Source: Pecten maximus (lineage: Eukaryota). From it: a stretch of DNA of 64,000 nt. The stretch is taken from assembly GCF_902652985.1 (NCBI RefSeq), contig NC_047031.1, positions 26,164,001 to 26,228,000 of the forward strand. The letters run 5' to 3'. The position numbers were made by a program, and so were the translations under genes. Shown one piece after another: positions 52,657 through 64,000 of this stretch (position 1 is the first letter of the stretch; each line of letters opens with the position of its first letter). The notes below the pieces were generated by a model. That model was not told where the DNA came from. It ran no database searches and was given only the letters and a program-made list of their open reading frames with translations.

Positions 52657-52921
52657 ATTGATACAAGGGGCCTTATAATGTTGCTGTTGATTTTGAACGC
52701 GATTCATTGATACAAGGGGCCTTATAATGTTGCTGTTGATTTTGAACGCGATTCATTGATACAAGGGGCCTTATAATGTTGCTGTTGATTTTGAATGCGA
52801 TTCATTGATACAAGGGGCCTTATAATGTTGCTGTTGAATTTGAATGCGATTCATTGATACAAGGGGCCTTATAATGTTGCTGTTGATTTGGAATTTGATT
52901 CATTGATACAAGGGGCCTTAT
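52657..52921. repeat. 49-bp tandem repeat (~5.4 copies)
   Basis: The unit is ATTGATACAAGGGGCCTTATAATGTTGCTGTTGATTTTGAA(C/T)GCGATTC. Confidence 0.93.
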
Positions 52922-53736
52922 GACGTTTCACAACCTCACAATAACAACAAATATTTCACATCATACAAGAGTTTTCTGATGATGTTGAGTTCCTGAGAAT
53001 TACCACTTGAGCCCTTTTGTACCTGGTCGTTGCCTCAAAGCCACTAACAATTGATTTTGTTCCTATACAGTCTACGGCTTCATGTTATGTGCGTGCAGTT
53101 GTTGTTATTAGTTCGTATTGTACAAAATATCTAGTAGAGGTTAATTTAATTAAAAGTGAACCATCTGACTTGCAGATAGAAATAAAAATGGCCGTTTTAT
53201 GTCCCACTGAAACCCAACAATGGAGTGAACATATTGTTGTATGTATTTTATTGCGAAGGACCATTCAGATTATTGATGGCCCTCTAGTGCTACTTCGCTT
53301 TGTTACAGCTCTACATCATAAGAGGAGTCGAGCTCTCCTGCCCCCTCTGTCCATTTTTTCAAATTAAACCCGTAGGATATGTATTGTCTGTCTATTGCTC
53401 TTACTCCTGACTGCCACCTCCGAGCAACCATTTCTGTGTGGTAGACGATTAATGGCGTAGTCTAAAAAAATATTCCCAACTGCATGATGGGAAGGTTTTT
53501 TGTGACGCTATAATAATTAGTGCCAATTGAGGGAAATTAATGTAGGAAGGAACCCTGTTGTATTCCTTTACTTCCTCGTTAAAGTACAGGACATGGTTGT
53601 ACTTTAGCGTAAGTACAGACATGACAACACGTCAGTCCAATTAAAAGGACATGTCTTCTCCAGTTTGTTTAGTACTACCGTATTTTACCTCAAATAAGAT
53701 CCTAGCCTGCATGCACTTTTGTGAAAAACCAGGAAC

Positions 53737-53811
53737 GGGGTTGGGGGTGGGAGGGGTGGGAGGAGTTGGATGAAAGGGTGGGGTGGGGGGGTTGGGGGTT
53801 GGGGGTGGGGG
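53737..53811 (+). other. G-tract cluster, potential G-quadruplex
   Basis: There are about ten runs of 3 or more G with 1-2-nt loops (e.g. GGGGTTGGGGGTGGGAGGGGTGGG). Confidence 0.75.
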
Positions 53812-53921
53812 AGTTGCTTGCAATAAAGCCCCCCTTCTTACATTTCATTTGTGAAAAGTTAAAGATTATTAAGCTTCAAACATTGGCCGAAGCTTCACTG
53901 AATGTTGTGTCGCTGCCTTGA

Positions 53922-53983
53922 ATTGTTTTTTTGATCTTGTATTGTTTTTTTGATCTTGTATTGTTTTTTTGATCTTGTATTGT
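53922..53983. repeat. 19-bp tandem repeat (3 copies)
   Basis: The unit is ATTGTTTTTTTGATCTTGT. Confidence 0.85.
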
Positions 53984-54632
53984 TGAATAAACTTGTTTTT
54001 GATCATGACTTGCAGTCAAGTGAGACTTCACTGTTTCTGAGAATGTTAAAAGTTAATTGAAACTATATTTTAAAATTTCAAGAAGCAGGTGAGATACTGA
54101 TGACTACCGAATATAAAAGCTTTCTGGTTGTTGGTTTTATGGCCACCTCATATGAAGTCCTTTATTGTACGTAATTTGAATAAAATTCGGAAAAGCTCAA
54201 ATATGTTTACACTTTTCATGTTACTATTTATACTTGATATCTGAAATATCCCAAGGAGGTAGATCGGAAGACATCATTCTTGGAGTCGATTACTGTAATC
54301 AGACTTGCTTGATTCTCAGAAGTGTTGAAATAATAGGTTCCTCTGAAGATTTGTGAGATTTTGTAGAGAAGATTTACTGCCTGTCAACCCTATATCTCCC
54401 CTGTCAACCGTCCCAAGCTATTGATCCAGGCCAGCCTATCCAGATCAGTGGGGGTATTGAGTTAAATGGTGTTCGCACAGACATTGGAAGAGCTGAGGAG
54501 GCAAATGAAATTACCACCTAGTGTTGTAAATTCTAAGTGAAGCTGGTTTCAGGGAATCGCACCAATAGTGAACAAAATATTGGATTTACACAACCAGGAG
54601 ATTTATCAATAATTTAGGATAGCACTCGATCC

Positions 54633-56058
54633 TCATGTAGGCTTGTCAGCTACGGTGTGTAGGACGAAGATAGAACTCGTCATGTAGGCTTGTTGGTTAT
54701 TGGTGTATAGGACGATGATAGAACTCGTCATGTAGGCTTGTTGGTTATTGGTGTATAGGACGAAGATAGAATTCGTCATGTAGGCTTGTTGGTTATTGGT
54801 GTATAGGACGAAGATAGAACTCGTCATGTAGGCTTGTTGGCTATTGGTGTGTGGGACGAAGATAGAACTCGTCATGTAGGCTTGTTGGCTATTGGTGTAT
54901 AGGACGAAGATAGAACTCGTCATGTAGGCTTGTTGGCTATTGGTGTATAGGACAATGATAGAACTTGTCATGTAGGCTTGTTGGCTATTGGTGTGTGGGA
55001 CAAAGATAGAACTCGTCATGTAGGCTTGTTGGTTATTGGTGTATAGGACGGAGATAGAACTCGTCATGTAGGCTTGTTGTCTATTGGTGTATAGGACGAA
55101 GATGGAACTCGTCATGTAGGCTTGTTGGTTATTGGTGTGTGGGACAAAGATAGAACTCGTCATGTAGGCTTGTTGGTTATTGGTGTATAGGACGATGATA
55201 GAACTCGTCATGTAGGCTTGTTGGTTATTGGTGTATAGGACGATGATAGAACTCGTCATGTAGGCTTGTTGGTTATTGGTGTATAGGACAAAGATAGAAC
55301 TCGTCATGTAGGCTTGTTGGTTATTGGTGTATAGGACAAAGATAGAACTCGTCATGTAGGCTTGTTGGTTATTGGTGTATAGGACGATGATAGAACTCGT
55401 CATGTAGGCTTGTTGGTTATTGGTGTATAGGACGATGATAGAACTCGTCATGTAGGCTTGTTGGTTATTGGTGTATAGGACGATGATAGAGCTCGTCATG
55501 TAGGCTTGTTGGTTATTGGTGTATAGGACGATGATAGAACTCGTCATGTAGGCTTGTTGGTTATTGGTGTATAGGACAAAGATAGAACTCGTCATGTAGG
55601 CTTGTTGGTTATTGGTGTATAGGACAAAGATAGAACTCGTCATGTAGGCTTGTTGGTTATTGGTGTATAGGACGGAGATAGAACTCGTCATGTAGGCTTG
55701 TTGGTTATTGGTGTATAGGACGTAGATAGAACTCGTCATGTAGGCTTGTTGGTTATTGGTGTATAGGACGAAGATAGAACTCGTCATGAAGGCTTGTTGG
55801 CTATTGGTGTGTGGGACAAAGATAGAACTCGTCATGTAGGCTTGTTGGTTATTGGTGTGTGGGACGAAGATAGAATTCGTCATGTAGGCTTGTTGGTTAT
55901 TGGTATGTGGGACGAAGATAGAATTCGTCATGTAGGCTTGTTGGCTATTGGTGTATAGGACGATGATAGAACTTGTCATGTAGGCTTGTTGGCTATTGGT
56001 GTATAGGACGAAGATAGAACTCGTCGTGTAGGCTTGTTGGTTATTGGTGTATAGGACG
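54633..56058. repeat. Minisatellite, 48-bp unit (~30 copies)
   Basis: The unit is GTCATGTAGGCTTGTTGG(T/C)TATTGGTGTATAGGACGA(A/T)GATAGAACTC. It produces the spurious 491-aa ORF. Confidence 0.97.
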
Positions 56059-56739
56059 AGGATCATCATGTCGGTAGTCGAGTTGGTAGTCTGCCCACAT
56101 AACATCACAAGGTTAATGATGTTCAGGTAGTCGACTGAGGTAGGTTGGCTGTAACATCATGAGGATTAATGAATCTTAGTCGGCCAGACATTTGATTCCT
56201 TTACAGTATTGGTACTACAGTTTTGGGTTTAGGTCTGGGTCTGTAGTTGTAACAAGCCAGCCTTGTAAGGACAATCCTTAATATTGTTGGTTGAAATAAA
56301 ATATTTTGCACCAAAAAATAAATTCAATTTAAAATTTACCTATATGACTGTCAAACTTTTGATAAGATATTGTTGAAATAAGATGGAATATTTAATAAAA
56401 TTAATTTCATCAATTTTGTATCAAGCTGACGTTTTTTTAGACATGCATTTCTGGACTAGGATACTGTACTAAGTCATGCTATGTTAGGGTTTTAACAGTG
56501 ATAAAACTCGTCCTTTTGTCTGCAGAACCACAGACTTAAGCCATAGAAATTATATCATATACTCTCTTACGGCATAGTAACATGCAAGTATTCTCTCTGT
56601 TGCCTTGGGAACAGAAATCATGGTAAAATGATGAAAAGTAAGCCTGTGTATTCTCATTCAACTAATTTCTGTTTTTACCGAGCACTATACACGATGTAAA
56701 AATCACGGATTCATACGGCCAACTTCAGGCACATGTAAT

Positions 56740-56890
56740 CTCTCACTGACGTCATGGCGACCGTTTTAGGACTTGCAATATTAATGAATATACAGAGTCA
56801 AGTAGCAAATTTCGATTTAGATCCTAAATTGATCGGAAGTGAAGCAGTTCAAGGTGGAAGTCTGCTGTGGAGCTGTCGACGAGTACCAAT
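56740..56890. promoter_or_regulatory. Candidate promoter/enhancer: CRE + YY1-like + ETS motifs
   Basis: TGACGTCA (56747-56754) overlaps CATGGCG, and CGGAAGTG lies at 56834-56841. CpGs are locally retained. Confidence 0.35.
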
Positions 56891-57316
56891 TGTATTCTAG
56901 ATGTTAATTTGTTATTTTAAGTTTTTTTAAGACAATTAACAAAAATTAGACAATGTTTATTTTTGGTTATGGTAAAACATAGCTAGTTCACACCTGCATT
57001 AACTGGTTTATTTAGACGAATGTTTCAGAATGTAAATTCTAGATAAAATGAAAATTGGGATCTGATGGGTTTTTAATCAAATGTATATTCTAATCTTTAC
57101 ATTAAATCTATTATTAATTTATAAAATATCATTGATCATAATACAATGTTGATCTGGTAAATATGATAAGTCAATTTTATAATAGTATATATATCACACT
57201 TACTAACCTCTGTATTTAGAAGGTCTACTATTATTTACTAATATATTCATTTCTACTCTAAATTTAAACAAAAATTATCTTAAGCTTCGATTACATTGTT
57301 CATAATTTCAGAGAGT

Positions 57317-57578
57317 TACTGTAAATGACTTAGATTTTGTGGATACATGATTTCGTGAACGCTGATCTGGAAATTACTTTTTAATTCGTAAATGATGAGC
57401 TGTTAAAGTCATTGACATGCAAGACTCCTATATCGGTAACTGCATGGTAGCTTGGCCATCATCCAGAATTGTTTACTTTCATGCAAATAATCGCGAGGTA
57501 TTTGAATTTGCTTATTTACTTTCCTCCCATATTAACGCCAAAATAAATCCTTTCGCGAAATTTAAGTGAGTTACAGTA
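57317..57578. mobile_element. MITE (TA-flanked, ~25-bp imperfect TIRs)
   Basis: The left end TACTGTAAATGACTTAGATTTTGTGG matches, imperfectly, the reverse complement of the right end (...CTTTCGCGAATTTAAGTGAGTTACAGTA, rc TACTGTAACTCACTTAAATTCGCG...). Confidence 0.7.
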
Positions 57579-58472
57579 GTTTGTATTTAAGGGAAGTTCA
57601 TGAATTTATTTTTCTTAGACTTAAAAACCAATTTCCCCCAATCCATGGAGATCTCAAAACATTGACATGTTTATGTTTTGCAATACTGATCAGGTTAAAA
57701 CCTACATTTTACAGTAACAGAAAAAATGTCAATGTGATATTATGATAAAAAATGTTATTTTGAAACCTGAAAACATGCATGAACTGGGAAATAGGAAGTG
57801 AGGGCCATCACATTAAAGCTACCGAGTACAAATAACTGATTAATATCGTGATATATCGTGGTATTGTCCTATGATTAATATTTAGGAGGTTCGTTAATAC
57901 ACGATGCTGGATCACAATATACCTATACACGGAGAGTAATTTATGACAAATGTTTATTGCAGTTGTGATTGACATTTAGTCTTAAATGCTGACGTTTTGT
58001 TATACATAACAAATGTATTGGTATGTGTTAGAATTGTCTGAGCTTGTATGTTCCAGTAATTCTAACAAACATCTATATCATTTTGTGTTTTTAACATGTC
58101 ATCACACTGCCTCTTTCACTTTCTCTGAACTGTTGTCTTTACTTTTATTATTCGTTATTTGATCCGCCACCAGCCTCAGGCTCTCACACCTTCCCTTCTA
58201 TCGTCATCGCTAAGTCTCAGCCCACATTTTCCACTTTTCCTATCCTACTGTCCTCAATGCCATCAAACTCCTGCAGGGCAGGTCGTCGCCTGCTCCTTCT
58301 TTAATCAATTACATGTATACAGTTATAAAATATTGATGTAGAGTTTGGTCACACACTGGGAAAACACACATCCACACTGTTGTTGATACCAGCTCTCTTA
58401 AAAGTATTCTTCAAGAATTGGGGGAAAAGTCCTTATCATCTTGAAAGAGGAGATAGGAAAAATTAATTATTT

Positions 58473-58660
58473 ATCAAAAGACAATCGGACCAAGGGAGAA
58501 TTCATTACTTGTCAAAGACAATAAGTACCAGGGGAGAATTCATTACTTGTCAAAGACAATCGGTACCAGGGGAGAATTCATTACTTGTCAAAGACAATCA
58601 GTACCGGGGAGAATTCATTACTTGTCAAAGACAGTCAGTACCAGGGGAGAATTCATTACT
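58473..58660. repeat. 38-bp tandem repeat (5 copies)
   Basis: The unit is GTCAAAGACAATCAGTACCAGGGGAGAATTCATTACTT. Confidence 0.92.
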
Positions 58661-60737
58661 TATATTTTATCACAGACAGGTAATTTCCTTATATGATGAG
58701 AAATCAAACATGAAGTCTTCATAACTCCGGAAATTTATTATGACATTATATGATCTTCATGTCATAAAATATGTCACTGTAGGTGGTTAAATCCAGACAA
58801 TCAAATGTTTTACAAAAAAAGTAATGTTTTCAAATTTCATCATATTAGTGTAAATTTGATTAATATCCTGTAGGCTCTTTAAAAAAAATATTGAATTTTA
58901 TTCACTTAAAATTTCAGCATTAAACACCAAAACCTCCCTTATAACAGTATAGGAATTTCAGAGCCATGAAATTGATTTGTACCCCTTTGTCGTGTAAAAT
59001 GGACATTATTTGGTTCTGTCGACACAAACATTTATAGCAAGTTGGGTGATAAAGCAATAATTGTAGTCGAGAAAACGGACATATATTTTTATCAATGTTT
59101 ACCTATCAGATATAATGGAACAGTCCATCTCAATGAATGGATGAGTTGTGTAGGCACTTTCAGGGTTGTCAGGATTAAATTGAAAACGATTATCTGCATA
59201 AAAATCCAATACAGTGTTAATAATTGTTTTATATGGAGATTTATATTCGTCTAGGCTTGGCCAGGCCACTGGGTTGTTATTTTCTTTTGTCTTGTCTAAT
59301 GGTAATATTATGGTGAACATTTGGTGATCACTATATCATCATAATTGAAACAATGTTATTGTTTATTGAACAAAAAACATTATATAAAGCTGCATGATTT
59401 GGCCCAGACAAACTTTTATAATCAAAAATAATAAATTTTGTGAAAAAGATATATCGAAATTGGAGCTGACTACGTGTCCATGGGATCGAGGACAGCATCA
59501 TGGTTAAGTTGTGAAATATACTGATCTTAATATCATCAACAATATTGATAGCTATAAATGGGACATAAACATTTCAATGACTTAGATTTGTGTTGTGATC
59601 TATATTAAAGAGAGTCTTGAAGATCTGTGTTGTTCCTCCATTGGGGCTATACATCTCGCTGATCTAGATAGGAACACATAATCCTGTGTAGCCGACCTTA
59701 TTATGCATCTCTAACGATCAAATCTAAATTTTTCTTACTTTAGTTCCTCCCTAATGGATTGATAATGAATTGCTTTTAGAACTTACTCCTTCATAGCATA
59801 CTAAAAAGTCCCATCGGTATATTTTTCTCAAAACTTTGTACTATTGAATCAATACAAGCTATAGTAAGTGGAAAAATTGAAAACAAAATAATTAAGTTAT
59901 TGAATCTAGGTCAGAAAAAGATGTCTTGCAGAATACTGTAGGGGATTTGTGCGGATGATGGAACATTTTTAGAAATTAAACTGAGTTTTGTGTATGTTAG
60001 TTTGAAATTTTATTAAAAAAATGAAACGTATGTGATCCAGTTATATTATACATGTATAGACACAATTGAGTGAAATTTCTAGGTTTGACTTTCAAAAATG
60101 ACCTTTGCGCTTCTAACCAGCTTAGGGGTTTGAAAGGCTTCCTTGATTATGTTTTACAGGAAGTCACTTTAATGGATTAACATGTGTTTTATTGGAAAAT
60201 TCAATAAGTTTCTGATGCCTGCATGCTGCTGAATGTTAAATTTGGGATATTTCTACTTCATACTAAAAATCTAAGGAATCTACCGGTAGATAGAGTTTTT
60301 CCAGAGGTCACAGGGTTCATTAAGTGTACTTAGTCACCTGTACATGTATATAGAAAAGTCAAATCCGGCAATGATATAGAAAACTATACCAGCAAAATCA
60401 ATTGTTCACAATTGAAATGTCAAAAAATAGCTGTTCCCATGGAACAAATGTATCAAAAACCTTGGAAATCCGATTTTGATATGTGTGGAAGTTTAACGGA
60501 AGCATGACTGGATACAGAGGATCTTTATATAGAATCACACGGGTGTAAAGCCATTAATAACACACTGAACATTTCCTGTAAATGATCGGGCGATATTTTT
60601 CATTTCGAAAATATTTCTTTATATAGACATGTGCTTTATTTTTAAAAGATAAAAAATTAGAATATGTTTCTTTTGATTTATGTGTAGAGTAAACCTTGTC
60701 TAAACTGATGGTCATCAACACCAGTCTCTCAGGGGAG

Positions 60738-60890
60738 CACAAATTAGGGGAGATAATCACGCAAGTTAGTCACACAAGTTAGGGGAGATTATCATGCAAG
60801 TTAGTCACACAAGTTAGGGGAGATAATCACGCAAGTTAGTCACACAAATTAGGGGAGATAATCACGCAAGTTAGTCACACAAGTTAGGGG
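60738..60890. repeat. 35-bp tandem repeat (~4 copies)
   Basis: The unit is AGTTAGGGGAGATAATCACGCAAGTTAGTCACACA. Confidence 0.92.
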
Positions 60891-61992
60891 GCGAGCGTGG
60901 AATAGACCCTGCATATGCTTTTGGGGGCGAGGGCAAATTAGTTACAGTGCATGTTTTAGGGCTGTGATATTAATTATTTCCCTTATCAACTGTTCCTGTG
61001 GTCAGTACTGAGAAATCTATGAAATGTAGAACATAGTCATCCAATCCACTTTTCCATTGTCTGCTATACACTCACTCTACCCAGCTGGGACGGGCTTTGT
61101 TATAATTGAACACCTTCCCAGGTACGTCCTGTCCAGACCCGAATTGCTTTGAGTCATATTTGGTGCGAAAGGAAACGGGGCGTCTGTGTCTGAGGTATAA
61201 AAACAATGAGTAATTATAGGGCCGGGCCGGCCACCATTCGGTCGTAATAGAGGCAGGGAGGCGCAATTTACGCTTATTCAATAACCATGGTCCATGAATA
61301 ATTTAGCAAAGTACGAAGTACAAGTCTTCTTATTGATTTGTATACTTTGGAATATCAATGGTAAACGTCTGGTTGAATTAAAAAAAATAATCATGATAAA
61401 GAAAACCTTCAATTAAATTACAAAAAAAAAATGGCAATGGGAATTCTATTTTCCAAATATTTTATTACTTTCAGGATAATGTTTTTAAACATTGTCCATC
61501 AAATAAAAATATTGACAAAGTATGTAGTAATTTCATCAAATCTCTTTATAAATTAAACTTAATTTGTAATCATTTTTGATAAATTTCATTGACTTTGTTA
61601 AAAAAACAATGGACATGTGTCAGGTCTTTATTATTACAAAATAATAAAGATGGAATTATGGGTTTTATTACATCATTCCCAACTTGTTGGTTTATATACA
61701 TCATTTGTACAATACCCTGATGCTTTATATTTTTGTGTGGCTTGAAATCCGGTTTAGGAGGTTTGAGACACGTAATAAATCAAACTCTATACTTGTACCA
61801 GGTTGTCATGGGAACCAATATACAAATATTTCCTTCTAGCCCTCGTCCCAGAAACATGTATTGGGACTTCATTTGGTTCGTCTCCCCTGTGAGAAATGTG
61901 TACATTACAATCCTCCCTCACCCCCAAAAGCATGTACAGTGACTATTTTGCCCTTGTCCCCAAAAGTAGGTACTTGTAAAAATATAAACTGT

Positions 61993-62218
61993 ATTTATTT
62001 TAATTGCGAAACAAGTTATATCAACTTATATTAATCACGCTTGTTGGCCCGGATAGAAGCATGCGAGGGGTCTTATTGTGGGAGGAAACCGGAGTACCCA
62101 GGGTAAACCCACATGGTCGGGCAGGTGACCCCATACCTTATCACATCCGATCGGGGAATCAAACCCTGGCCGCCCAGGTGAAAGGCAAATGTGTTACCAC
62201 TGTGCTATCTGACCATCC
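61993..62218 (-). mobile_element. tRNA-derived V-domain SINE
   Basis: On the minus strand there is an A box TAGCACAGTGG (62197-62207), a B box GGTTTGATTCC (62155-62165), a V-type core GTGGGTTTACCCTGGGTACTCCGGTTTCCTCCCAC (62078-62112) and an AT-rich tail. Confidence 0.85.
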
Positions 62219-64000
62219 AGGTACTTCAGATTCAGTGGTCATCCTTTGTACAGGACATCTCCTCCTTATTGTCTCATGTTTGGACCTTAAACTAAGAACT
62301 TCATTGATCAACATTCTATATATAGCTTCTCTCACTTATCCAAAATTGTAGTGATGGTTAGAGAACTTTATAACAGTTTAGCTGTGTTCTATAATTTTCA
62401 TCATATTGAAGATTCCCTTCCCCCCCCCCCCCCCCTGACAGAATATAATGTAATCAGGCTACAAAAATAGTGTGATCACTTTCTTATGTCATTCAAATAC
62501 AAAAAAAAAGCCTATTGTGAAACCCAGACAGTTATTCCTCATTGTCAAGGACATGTGGACCATTTACCATATGAATCAAACACTTGAAGGATTCAGATCT
62601 GTCTCGAAATCTTTGACGGCACCAGACCACTCCAACTTATCATTAGAACAAAGTTAAGCTCATTGTCATTGTCTCCCAGACGTATGATCAGCCGGATCGA
62701 TATTTAGGTCATCGCTGTTATTATTTTTTCACAGCCGTTGATTTGTGTGATTTATAATTCTTGTCTCTAGACTACAGGTAGATGAATTTTCCTTCTTTTC
62801 TAAAAGTGTGTTTTGTACTGGTTCTCCCTGATCTCTTTCTTAATTTCATAAAGTAGGAACAGAAAAGTTAATCTGAATCAATGATGTGTCTCCTTGCTAT
62901 TAATGCTGGTATTTTGACAGCTCTTATCATGTCTTTCTTTATGTCGCCCTCTTCTTTGATTTTGGAATCACCTTTTGTATTGTTTTGGTCTATTCCATTT
63001 GTAAAACTGGTGGGATGTCAGGTTACAAACATGCTACCAAAAAATAACCAATATTGACATTGGTAATAAAATTTAGCACTTTTGTATATATCAGACAAAT
63101 ATGTGTACAAATTTAACCTATCTCCCCTTGTCTAGACCAGTGGACTTATCTGTCTATATTTGTGGACCATTCTATGTGATCGTTTTAGGGTAGAAGCCAT
63201 CCAAGCCCTTGAGACATATCTTTTTAAACAGGATTTCAATTGAGGTGTCAGACATAAAATGATAGCTATTATAAGCAGAGACAAAAATGGCATTTAATTT
63301 AAAGTTGTTTTTTACTTTCATTTAAGAGATATTACAGTGTTTATTTTTGAACATTACAGACATTTAAATGTTTTGTGTGCTTAAGGTGTTATCCTTTCAT
63401 TTAATCTGCGTTGATGATCTTCTTGTCCTTTTATCAGAGTAGTCCCCCTTGTTTTTACAGCTAAATAATTTAACGGAAGTTATATCTATAGTTGATTGAA
63501 ATTTTCTATTATTGTTGGTTTTAATACAGATCTGATGTTAAGTCAATATTGTAACTGATTCACAAAATACATTTATAGTATTTAATGGGAATTTCCTTAC
63601 CCAGAATGAACGTAATGTAAATATTTGATTTAAGGTCTACTGACGGCTAAACCCATATGTAACCAGAACGACATGCCATTACTTTAGCCAACGTGCCATT
63701 CTGAAGATGGAAAAACTACAAATAATTTAAAACCCTAGTGTGGAACAGCATTGTCAAATATCACTAGTCGTATAATGGAGCACTGCATCTCCGAGTTCGT
63801 TTTCACTTTTTCCCCCATTTTTCACCATTTTGTCCCCTCCTCTTTCGACATTTACTAATAAATTTTCTTCAATTATAGCCCGTTGATGTCGAGAAAGTCC
63901 CATAGATAATAGTAATAATTACGCGTTACGTTGTAACTACCCTCATCTTGTGCTCAGGCGTTCCGATAAAGTCTTCCTACCGTAAATTCCGCTGATCGAT

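Noticed and set aside
54633-56108. 491-aa minus-strand ORF of MTSSIFVLYTNNQQAY repeats
   Set aside because: It is a 48-bp minisatellite whose unit is divisible by 3 and lacks a stop in one frame. Unit variants mostly change amino acids, there is no true ATG start context or domain, and it looks like the neighbouring non-coding arrays.
14892-60890. CRISPR arrays (25-48-bp partly palindromic repeats)
   Set aside because: The units are head-to-tail with no unique spacers, there are no cas genes, and the context is eukaryotic.

Overview
This is AT-rich, repeat-dense eukaryotic non-coding DNA. The SINEs, MITEs and minisatellite style suggest an invertebrate animal, probably a bivalve mollusc (inference). 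No protein-coding region is supportable: all the long ORFs in the track are read-through of tandem repeats. Roughly 30% of the window (estimate) is made of more than 20 distinct minisatellite arrays with units mostly 25-55 bp, plus two tRNA-derived V-domain SINEs and two TA-flanked MITEs. The most notable signal is two strong + strand branchpoint-polypyrimidine-AG|GTAAGT junctions at 9548/9549 and 48637/48638. These look like recursive splice sites (zero-length exons) about 39 kb apart, suggesting much or all of the window lies inside one giant + strand intron. Both sites are followed by related AAAGTAGGT(C/T)ACTG repeats. Other points of interest are a dispersed ~36-bp hairpin motif in 3-4 copies, a minisatellite traceable to a single-copy element elsewhere in the window, higher-order repeat structure, and several motif-rich candidate regulatory islands.
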